Positions 1 to 9,100 of a stretch of 64,000 nt of DNA are shown here, piece by piece (the stretch's first letter is position 1; each line of letters opens with the position of its first letter). The position numbers and the translations under genes were made by a program. The notes beneath the pieces were generated by a model. It had not been told where the DNA came from, did not search any database, and saw nothing but the letters and a program-made list of their open reading frames with translations. The stretch is taken from positions 105 to 64,104 of the forward strand of contig JBAYHL010000004.1 of NCBI GenBank assembly GCA_041666185.1, given 5' to 3'. The stretch comes from Patescibacteria group bacterium (GTDB lineage: Bacteria; Patescibacteriota; UBA1384; UBA12157; JAENIV01).

Positions 1-188
1 ACCTTCAGCAATTACAAAATCGGTTAAACAAAAAAGCTCTAAGTGACCTGCGAGTTTTGACAAAGTTTTCCTAATCCCCTTAGCGACGGCTTTTATCCTG
101 CCATTATTTTCAGTAAAAATTGTTAAAATTCGATCAGCCTCATTTAGATTAGTTCGTTTTAAAATTATACCCCGGGTTTTGTAGTTCA
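1..188 (-). CDS. recO: DNA repair protein RecO, N-terminal part (gene runs off the window start)
   Basis: Reverse translation from the ATG at 186-188 gives MNYKTRGIILKRTNLNEADRILTIFTENNGRIKAVAKGIRK..., a typical RecO N-terminal OB-fold sequence. Confidence 0.7.
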
Positions 189-935
189 TCACTTTAAGGC
201 TTTGCGCATATGAACATTAGCAGCTTCTAGTTGCTCTAAAGTATTAATACCGTGCCAGTTAGCTTGCCTGGTCTTGTAAGCCTTAACTTTAAAATTGCCT
301 TTATTAGCGATTTCTACCAAATCAGTTAAAAAGTATTCGCCGGTAGGATTTTTCTTTACTTTTTTTAAATTTAACCACAGAAAACTAGCTTCAAAAACAT
401 AACAACCGGTATTTATTTCTTTAATTTTTAAAATAGATGGTGTGGCTAACTTTTCCTCAACAATTGCTTCAACATTACCGTCAGAATTTTTAACAATTCG
501 CCCCAGGCCTTTTGGGTCAGCAACCTCAACTGTCAAAAGCGTCATGTCTACCCCACTTTGAAGATGATCTTTAACTAGCTTTTCGATCATCTCAGGTTCA
601 TAAAAAGCACTATCATCGCCACCAATGACTAAAATTGTTTTAGCACCATTTGCTGCTTTTTTAGCGCAGCTAACTGCATGAGCAGTTCCTAAACGTTTTT
701 TTTGCCAAGCAAAAAAGGCTTTGCTTCCAAGATGCTTTTCAATTATTTCCCCCTTATAACCAATAACAACAATCGGTTTAAAAAAACCAGCTTTTTTTAA
801 ATTAACTAAAGAATAATCAATCATTGGCTTACCACCAAGCTCGAACATCACTTTAGGAATCGGTGATGACTTGCCTTTATTCATCCGTGTACCCTTACCG
901 GCTGCTAGAACTATTGCTTGGATTTTTTCCATCAT
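189..935 (-). CDS. Sugar-1-phosphate nucleotidyltransferase resembling the GlmU N-terminal (uridylyltransferase) domain only, with no acetyltransferase domain
   Basis: 248 aa. It has LAAGKGTRM, the PKV..L.GKPM and LGTAHAV motifs, GGD and a C-terminal EYFLTD signature. glmS lies nearby. Confidence 0.8.
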   Translation of the reverse strand: MMEKIQAIVLAAGKGTRMNKGKSSPIPKVMFELGGKPMIDYSLVNLKKAGFFKPIVVIGYKGEIIEKHLGSKAFFAWQKKRLGTAHAVSCAKKAANGAKTILVIGGDDSAFYEPEMIEKLVKDHLQSGVDMTLLTVEVADPKGLGRIVKNSDGNVEAIVEEKLATPSILKIKEINTGCYVFEASFLWLNLKKVKKNPTGEYFLTDLVEIANKGNFKVKAYKTRQANWHGINTLEQLEAANVHMRKALK

Positions 936-953
936 AAATCCTGTCTATTAATT

Positions 954-1430
954 TTATATACAAGTTGGAACAATTGTTTTTGGAAAATCGCTAGTTTCTG
1001 AACAAGACGGACTATCTTGCGTGCCTTTGATTATTGTTGTCCACGTGCCATCAACTTTTTTAGCATACCAAATAGCACCACCGCCAGTTCCACCAGCACT
1101 GCCATAAGCATAATTTCCATCAATCTTTATTACTTCACACGTAATATCAGGAAAATTATTTTCTTTCTGGCAAAGAGATATTAGCAAACTTTCATCGTTT
1201 TTAGCTGAAGAAGCTAAAGGGCTAGATGTTACCGCTGAAGACGGACTAGCTAAAACTGAAGTTTTGTTATTTTTAAAATGATTCCACCCAAAATAGCCAA
1301 TACCGACAAACAGTAACACAAAAACCAAGATAATTGTTACCAGCAACCATGTTGCAATCGTACCTTTTTTTCGTTGGTTCATAAAACCCCTTTCTTTTAT
1401 TAGTATACTTATTTCTGGCAAATGGGACAA
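954..1430 (-). CDS. Hypothetical membrane-anchored protein
   Basis: 158 aa with an N-terminal TM helix followed by a Ser/Thr-rich linker and a Gly-rich C-terminal domain. No recognisable family. Confidence 0.5.
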   Translation of the reverse strand: MSHLPEISILIKERGFMNQRKKGTIATWLLVTIILVFVLLFVGIGYFGWNHFKNNKTSVLASPSSAVTSSPLASSAKNDESLLISLCQKENNFPDITCEVIKIDGNYAYGSAGGTGGGAIWYAKKVDGTWTTIIKGTQDSPSCSETSDFPKTIVPTCI

Positions 1431-2263
1431 TAAAATGAACCCCTACCGCCAATTTTTAATCTTTTAATAACGTGTCCTTTAGGATCTTTATTTTTTTGAT
1501 AAACCGCTGTCACTTCCATATAGTGACCTTTTTGACCTTCAATATTAACATAAGTATTCTCTGACGATCCACCATATTTTAGACCTAAATTAATCACCTT
1601 TTCAATTGCTTCTTTTAGATTTTTTACTTCCTCTTTGTCTAAAGAATCTGCTTTGCGATAAGGCAAAATTCCAGCCCAATACAAAGCATCGTTAACATAA
1701 ATATTTCCGAGTCCAGAGATTTTTGCTTGATCCATTAAAACTTCTTTAATTTTTTTGCCAGATTTGGAAAATATTTTTTCTAAGTATTTTAAATTAAAAT
1801 CTTTGTTATTAGGTTCAGGACCAAATTTATCAGGACTTAAAATTTCTCCCACTTCGGGAGTCTTAACCACCCGATTCCAACCAAATTTTCTTAAATCATT
1901 AAAATAAAGTTTTGAACCATCGGTAAAAGTATAAATAATATGAGTGTGAGCATGAGGCAAGACTTGACCGTAAGCTTTTTGCATATGACCACCAACACTC
2001 GCTTTACAATCTTTTTCGTGGCAATCTTGAAAAACTAATTGACCAGTGAGTTTTAAATGAATCAAAATTGAATAACCATTATCTAAAACAATTTCTAAAA
2101 TCTTAGCGACTCTTTTAGCGTCAACAACTTCACCACCAATAACGTCTTCTAAATTGCCAATAAAAAGTTTTGATGCCTTAATTTCCACACCATCAATTTT
2201 TTTACCTTTGATTTTTTTTATAATCCCTTTTCTAATTGTTTCAACTTCGGGAAGTTCGGGCAT
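1409..2263 (-). CDS. mutM: Formamidopyrimidine-DNA glycosylase (Fpg/MutM)
   Basis: N-terminal MPELPEVE with the catalytic Pro2 and Glu, an H2TH region, and a C-terminal zinc finger (...CPICQK). Confidence 0.9.
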   Translation of the reverse strand: MPELPEVETIRKGIIKKIKGKKIDGVEIKASKLFIGNLEDVIGGEVVDAKRVAKILEIVLDNGYSILIHLKLTGQLVFQDCHEKDCKASVGGHMQKAYGQVLPHAHTHIIYTFTDGSKLYFNDLRKFGWNRVVKTPEVGEILSPDKFGPEPNNKDFNLKYLEKIFSKSGKKIKEVLMDQAKISGLGNIYVNDALYWAGILPYRKADSLDKEEVKNLKEAIEKVINLGLKYGGSSENTYVNIEGQKGHYMEVTAVYQKNKDPKGHVIKRLKIGGRGSFYCPICQK

Positions 2264-2276
2264 AAATAATCCTTTC

Positions 2277-4043
2277 TTATTTCACGGTTACCGATTTGGC
2301 TAAATTACGTGGTTTGTCAGGATCCAAACCTTTTTCTAAAGCCAAAAAATAAGCCAAAACTTGGATTGGAACAATATTTACAATCGGCGAAAGTTCAGGA
2401 ACATCGGCAACTTTGAACCAATAGTCAAAAACTTTATGATTTTCTGGAGCGACACCAATAATATAACCACCACGAGCTTTTACTTCTTCGGCATTAGAGA
2501 GAATTTCTTCTTTTGTTTCATCGTTTGCGACAAAAACAATACAAGGAACATCTTTTTCGATCAAAGCGATCGTTCCGTGTTTTAGTTCACCGCCGGCAAA
2601 ACCTTCAGCATGAATATAGGAAGCTTCTTTAATTTTTAAAGCTGCCTCAAGCGCTGTTGGATAATTTAAGCTTCTGCCAATAGTAAAAAGATTTTTATTA
2701 TTTTTAATTTTTTGCGCCAAGATTTTGATTTTATCAATATTGGCTTGCTTCAAAGATTCTTTAATTCCTAAGGCAGTTTTTTGAACAACTTTTCTTCCTG
2801 TTTCTAATTTGCCAATGATCGCTAACGAAAGAAGATATAAAACCGCTACTTGTGAGGTAAAAGCTTTGGTGGAAAGCACTGCAATTTCTCGACCAGCAGG
2901 GGTGAGCATTGTAACATCGGAAATTCTTGCCAAAGTTGAATCCGGGTTATTTAATAATGAAAAAATCTTAGCTTTTTTACGCTTAACTGATTTTACCGCT
3001 TCCAAAACATCGGCTGTTTCACCGGATTGAGAGATAGCAAAAAATAAAGTTTTATCAGTAATAAAGTTTTCAAAAGTTGGAAATTCGCTCGCCAAGCTCG
3101 TGTTGACATGCATCTTCGCATATTTAGCAAAAAGATATTCAGCCATTAAAGCCGCGTGATAAGCCGTTCCGCAGGCAACAAAAAAAGTTCCAAAAGAATT
3201 CCTAATTAAGGCAGCATTTGTTTCAATCTCTTTAGACTCTTTTGTATTGGCAATTTTTTCTAAAATTTCTGGCTGTTCATTAATTTCTTTAAACAAAAAG
3301 TGTTTGTACGAACCTTTGCCAATTTCATATTCGGAGGTAGCAATTTTCGAACTAGCAATTTTTTTAAGATCACCAGTTTTAATATCGAAAAAATTAATTT
3401 CTTTTTCAATTTCTGACAAAATACCATCTTTAAGAAAAAAAACATCGGTAGTTAAATTAGAAAAAGCAATTGGATCAGAAGAAATATAAAAATTTTCCTT
3501 GCCAACACCAATTACTAAAGATAAACCGCTAGTAGCTAAATAAAGTTTTTTTGAAGTATTATCAATTAGTAAAATTGCGTAATCACCTTGCAAATCATTT
3601 AAAGCGGAGCGGAAGGCTTCCCTGATTGGCATTTTTTTTAAATATTCCTCAACTAAATGAGGAATAACTTCTGTATCAGTTTGCGATGAAAATTTATGTC
3701 CAGATTTAATTAATTTTTCTTTAAGTAATTGATAATTATTAATAATACCATTGTGGACAACAGCAATATCTCCTCGACAATCAGTGTGTGGATGAGCGTT
3801 TTCTTTTGCTACTACTCCATGAGTTGCCCAACGAGTATGACCAATAGCTATTTGAGCATTTGACGTTACTTTACTTAACGAAACTTCGCCAATTTTCCCG
3901 GTTTCTTTAACGACTTTAAGCTCACCATCCTCTACAAAACTTATCCCCCAAGAATCGTAACCACGATATTCGAGTTTTTTTAGAGCCTTAATAACAAAGT
4001 CTGTTGCATTTCCCTTACCAATAAACCCAACTATCCCACACAT
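2277..4043 (-). CDS. glmS: Glutamine--fructose-6-phosphate aminotransferase
   Basis: 588 aa. N-terminal MCGIVG with the Ntn amidotransferase Cys, two SIS domains, and a C-terminal ...KSVTVK ending typical of GlmS. Confidence 0.95.
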   Translation of the reverse strand: MCGIVGFIGKGNATDFVIKALKKLEYRGYDSWGISFVEDGELKVVKETGKIGEVSLSKVTSNAQIAIGHTRWATHGVVAKENAHPHTDCRGDIAVVHNGIINNYQLLKEKLIKSGHKFSSQTDTEVIPHLVEEYLKKMPIREAFRSALNDLQGDYAILLIDNTSKKLYLATSGLSLVIGVGKENFYISSDPIAFSNLTTDVFFLKDGILSEIEKEINFFDIKTGDLKKIASSKIATSEYEIGKGSYKHFLFKEINEQPEILEKIANTKESKEIETNAALIRNSFGTFFVACGTAYHAALMAEYLFAKYAKMHVNTSLASEFPTFENFITDKTLFFAISQSGETADVLEAVKSVKRKKAKIFSLLNNPDSTLARISDVTMLTPAGREIAVLSTKAFTSQVAVLYLLSLAIIGKLETGRKVVQKTALGIKESLKQANIDKIKILAQKIKNNKNLFTIGRSLNYPTALEAALKIKEASYIHAEGFAGGELKHGTIALIEKDVPCIVFVANDETKEEILSNAEEVKARGGYIIGVAPENHKVFDYWFKVADVPELSPIVNIVPIQVLAYFLALEKGLDPDKPRNLAKSVTVK

Positions 4044-4058
4044 ATACCCCCAACCTTT

Positions 4059-5000
4059 CTATTGGACTAATTTAATAATAACTTTGGCTAATTTTTCCGA
4101 ATCATGATACAAAGGTTTTTTTTCATCAATAATATTTGCTTGCTCAATTTTGTATCTGCCAAAAGTTTTTTCATCAGTTGTTATATTTTTTACTTCACCC
4201 AATCTTTTGCCACTAGATTTCAAAATTAGTTTAGAATTAACCAAACAAATATCAAAAATTTGCGGATCAGAATGTCCAGTTAAAGTTTTAATATGATCGG
4301 CAACAGCGTAACCTTCTGTTTCCCCTCTTTCGGTAGAAATATTACAAATAAAGATTTTTTTGGCCCGTGACGAGGCAACTGCTCGACAAATTTCTTTAAG
4401 TAAAAAATTAGGAATAATACTTGTATACAAGCTGCCAGGACCAATTAGAATTACGTCGGCCTTCTCAATTGCCTTAACAGCATCTGGATTAGCCTTGGCG
4501 CTTTCTGGATGCAATTGAACTTGTTTGATCGATGATCTGTGACCAGCAACAGAAATGGTCGATTCCCCCCAAACGACTCGACCGTTAGCTAGTTTAGCAG
4601 AAATAATCGCATCTTCGTAAGTCGACGGCATTACCTGACCCTTAATTGCTAAAATTTTAGAAAATTCTCCAATAGCCTTTTTGAAGCTACCAGTAATGTC
4701 CTCTAAGGCAATTAATAATAAGTTGCCTAAGTTATGGCCTTTTAGACCTCGCCCATGAGGAAAACGATAACTTAACAATTTATGATAAAGATGCTCTTCG
4801 TCAGAAAGAGCAACAATACAGCTTCTAATATCACCTGGGGGCAAAACATTTAGATCGTGACGTAAGCTCCCAGTTGAACGACCGTCGTCAGCCATTGTCA
4901 CAACGGCTGTTAATTTTTCGAAATCGTTTTTTAGGCCACGAAGCAAGCTCGATAAGCCTGTCCCGCCACCAATAACAACGACTTTTAAATTCTTATACAT
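4059..5000 (-). CDS. Gluconeogenesis factor YvcK / CofD-like (UPF0052) protein
   Basis: 313 aa. VVIGGGTGLSSLLRGLK at the N-terminus, LPPGDIR, and a GPGSLYTSIIPNFL signature. Confidence 0.85.
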   Translation of the reverse strand: MYKNLKVVVIGGGTGLSSLLRGLKNDFEKLTAVVTMADDGRSTGSLRHDLNVLPPGDIRSCIVALSDEEHLYHKLLSYRFPHGRGLKGHNLGNLLLIALEDITGSFKKAIGEFSKILAIKGQVMPSTYEDAIISAKLANGRVVWGESTISVAGHRSSIKQVQLHPESAKANPDAVKAIEKADVILIGPGSLYTSIIPNFLLKEICRAVASSRAKKIFICNISTERGETEGYAVADHIKTLTGHSDPQIFDICLVNSKLILKSSGKRLGEVKNITTDEKTFGRYKIEQANIIDEKKPLYHDSEKLAKVIIKLVQ

Positions 5001-5056
5001 TTAAAACAAATATCTCACTTATGTGAGTTATTTGTCAATAGTGATACCTTAAAAGC

Positions 5057-6067
5057 CTATCTACCAATAGTAACATTAACATTTTTTACATTTTCGCCCG
5101 GGACTAAATCAACTGTTGTCGAGCCTCCGGGAAAAACTAAAACACTGGCAGTAATTTTATGCTTTCCTTCACGAACATTGGGAATAGTATAATCACCAGT
5201 AATACTAGAAACCCCTACCGTTCGATCGTCAAGAGAAATTGTTGCTGGTACTAAAAGTGGATAGTTGCCAGCCATTTGGACTTTTCCAGTAATTGAACCT
5301 GCTAAATTAGAAGGTAACGGTTCCATAGCAATATCTAGCTTTGTCGCAGAAAAGCAAGCCAAGGAAACCGAAAAACTTGAATCTTGATAGCCACGAGACT
5401 TGGCAGTAATCGTATGAGAACCAAAAGGTACAATCCAAGAATAACTGCCGTTCGCATTAGGCGAACCTACACCATCAACATCAGTTGCAACTGAAAGAAT
5501 TTTCTGTGAACTTGTTTTGTCTAAAATAGAACCGCTAATTTCCGCCCCATACCACTCAAAATGCATCGCATCACGTTCACCAGGCCAATCACCTCCCCAA
5601 GCAAAACCATATTTTTTAAAGATATCTATAACAACTTGTGGAATATCTGTTTGTGACGGTCCGTAGTTTCCCGGTTGATAAGGATTGGCTTCAGGATTTA
5701 TATCAATAGCAATTCCCCATGAATGTAAAGATTTACCCCCACCACCTACCTTAGAACGATTATTATATGTCTGAATGTTGGTAAAATTATAACCAGTTTT
5801 TGCGTCATTAACATCTTTTTGGATATGATCTAAGTATGGTGCGACAAGTTTATTTATAAGGACTTCGTTGCCAAATAAATTATAACTTTCTAAATTAGTC
5901 CCTGGTTTACCAAAAAAACTCGAAATATCTCTCGAGTTTTGACACCCAATAACCGCTTCGGCGCCAGTTTTGATAATACCTGCAGCACGCAGATATAAGT
6001 AGACACCAAAGCTTACACCAACAAATAGGATAATTATTAAAATTATAACTCTGGTTTTAATTGCCAT
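5057..6067 (-). CDS. Membrane-anchored peptidase M15 (VanY / D-Ala-D-Ala carboxypeptidase-like) with a C-terminal carboxypeptidase-regulatory-like beta-sandwich
   Basis: N-terminal TM helix. Zn-binding motifs HSWGIAIDINP and AWGGDWPGERDAMHFEW. Confidence 0.8.
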   Translation of the reverse strand: MAIKTRVIILIIILFVGVSFGVYLYLRAAGIIKTGAEAVIGCQNSRDISSFFGKPGTNLESYNLFGNEVLINKLVAPYLDHIQKDVNDAKTGYNFTNIQTYNNRSKVGGGGKSLHSWGIAIDINPEANPYQPGNYGPSQTDIPQVVIDIFKKYGFAWGGDWPGERDAMHFEWYGAEISGSILDKTSSQKILSVATDVDGVGSPNANGSYSWIVPFGSHTITAKSRGYQDSSFSVSLACFSATKLDIAMEPLPSNLAGSITGKVQMAGNYPLLVPATISLDDRTVGVSSITGDYTIPNVREGKHKITASVLVFPGGSTTVDLVPGENVKNVNVTIGR

Positions 6068-6123
6068 AAACAGCTCTTTTTTATTGTACTAAATTTTTTA
6101 CAAAAGAGCTAATTATATTAAAC

Positions 6124-9100
6124 TTAATTATTTAATATTTCTCTTGTCTTTGGCCCAACTCGTCCAGCCCCACCTTGCGAAGTATCAATATTGTGATAAT
6201 TCTGATACTCAATCACCGCTTTTTGAGTTATGAAACCAAAATATCCTGTAACATAACGAGAGTCAAGAAACCCTTCACTTACTAGTCTTTCCTGAAGTTT
6301 AGTAACATAATAGCCAGAACTTTCAATGTCTAAATCATAAGGAAAATATACTTTATTAGAATCATCACAAGTTCCCTCAATAGCACAATTTGGGATTATT
6401 CCGTTTTCAATATCTTCATTTAAGGCTGCTCTTGTTCTTGGACCAAAGAAACCAGCTCCCCAATCCCACCAACTGGCAACTATTGCTTTTGACTTCTGAT
6501 ATAGGAATACTGCTTGTTTAGTAATACTGCCATAGAAACCAGTAGAATCTACCCAAAATGGAAAATAACCAAGATATCTTAAAACATTTTGCAAAATTCG
6601 AACATTTGCTTGGTTGTCCCCAGAAAAATAAGGCGCTTGATCGTTATTAAAACGAAATGAAGATTGTTGACCACTTTCTTGAGAAGAAGGACTAGTACTA
6701 GGAATTGGGGTAGGCGTAGGTTTTGAAGACTTACTACCATGACCTTGAGACAATGTTGTTTCTGAGCTAGATGGAGAAACTGCTGTTTCAATATTGTTGC
6801 CATTCCTAGCTTTAACTCTGTAAGCATAAGTTGTTGAGTGGACTAACCCAGTATTAGTTATACCAGTTGCTTCACCCCAAGTAGCGTAATCTTGCCAAAC
6901 GGCGGTATCACCATTACTACCATCAGCTTGGACATATTTACCTAAAGCTTCATTGGAAATAGCAAATTGAGTTGCTGCTGAATTGCCATTAACATTAATA
7001 ATTACCTTAAGCGAAGTGCTTGAAGATCGATTTACTGTTGACGCTAAAGGCACGTTAGCCAAAGTATAAGTTGAAGCGGCTGTACCAGAATGAGGAGATT
7101 GACCGGAATCATTATAAGAAACAACATAACGACCAGAATACTCCGTATTAACCGAAAGTCCAACCTCGTCACAAGAAGTTAAATCAACTCCTACACAAGT
7201 TGCCTTTAAAGTGTCTGTCGCATCATATACTTTAAAACCTACTTCATTTGGATTTACGTCAGTAAATTTCCAACGAATAGCAGCTACTGAAATTGCTTCT
7301 GGTGTGCCAATCGTTGGTGCATCTGGTGGGAAAAAATTCCAACCAGGATTATTGTTACCCGAATCAGTAACGTTATCTCCCGGGGTAATTCTAAAAGCAT
7401 TGTTTATATTTTGACTATCGGAAACATCAATATAATCGCCAGAAATCATATCGCCAGAAATAACAAAATACCAAGCCGTATCTGGCACTGAGCTACGAAG
7501 AGCCAAAACATTCCCAACAGAACCGTCTAAAGTCCATGTATCATTTATGGTCTGAGTTGCCCCCGCGGCAAAAGTAATAGTTTTAGCCCCATCAACTGAA
7601 GTATCCATAATTAAATTGTTGAAAGTCGTTGAGCCAGAAATTGCCGCAGCGTTGGTCGAATCAAAAGTAATAGTTTGTGTTCCAGGAGTTGTTCCAGCAG
7701 TAAATGAACCACCAGAAATATTCCAATTTTTAGCCATATTTATATTCAACCCATCAGCATTAAATACGCCATCTGAATTAGTAAAATTACCATCGATATT
7801 CAAAGCATTGGTAGAAAGTTGTAATGTGCCAGCGCCAGAGTGAGTTAAATTGTTGAATAACTTACCAATGCCTGTGCCACCCGAATCAAGAGTTTGAGTA
7901 CCAGAGGATTTAGTAAAATCCACTATGCCACTACCCGGAGTAAAAGTACCAGAATTTATCCAATTACCACCAACATTTATCGTACCGGAAGTAGCAAAGA
8001 GTATAGTATTTAAATTAATTGTTATATCACCATTTACTGTTAAAATATTTGAAGAAATATCTAGAGTATTAGGACCAATCGACAAAACATAAAGCGAAAG
8101 ATTGCCTTCCGCTACTGTTGTACCGGATAGACTATAAGTTACGCTCTGTTCTTCTGCTAGAGCAGCGGAGTTGTATAAATTTATATTATGATAAATATCA
8201 TTGGGTAAAATATTTGAACCGTAGGCATAATAAGCAAATGTTGCATTATTAGTCGTCCAGTCAACTGTACCACCATTATGAGTATAACTACCAAAAACTG
8301 AAAAACTTCCTACATTAACCTGACCACTGCCAGCTGTAAAAGTTCCATTTGTTACATTAAAAATTTTTCCAACGATCGAACCACTCCCACCAATCAAAAC
8401 TCCACCATTTATAGTAATAGTAGTCGCTGAAGATAGTATGGAAGCGCTGCCAAGACTAACTGTTCCTGTATTTAATGTGCCAGCGGTAACATTTAAATTC
8501 CTAATAGTAGTTAAATTACTAGTATTTAGAGTCCAACCACCACCAGCACCATTAACAGTTAAAGTATAGAAACCAGAAGCACCGCCATTGATTGTTTTCC
8601 CTGTTGCGCCGCCATCTAAAGTAACAGTTCTTGTTTCTTTATCAAAAGTCGCCGTGTTGCTCCATGACCCCGCAACGGTCATATCGCGACTATTAACATC
8701 AAAAGTACCAGCAGAGTTAGTGAAGTCACCATCAATGTTTATGTTATTAGTCAAAAGCTGCAAAATTCCAGCACCAGAGTGAGTAATGTTATTAAAAATT
8801 TTCCCTACGCCCGTACCACCAGAATCAAGAGTTTGAGTACCAGAGGATTTGGTAAAATTAACAGTAGAAGAACCAGAAACAAAAACACCACCAGCAGCAT
8901 TTGACCAATTACCACCGACTGCAATAGTAGACAATGAATCGCTTGCATCAAGAGTTCCATTAATGGTTACATTTACTGCTGTTAGATTATAATCAATTGT
9001 TGAAGGTCGTAGATCTAAAGTTGCATTAGCATTAACAGTCAAGTTGCCAGACATGGCTTTAGTGCCTGTAAGATTTCCTGTTAATGAGTAAGTTGTTGGA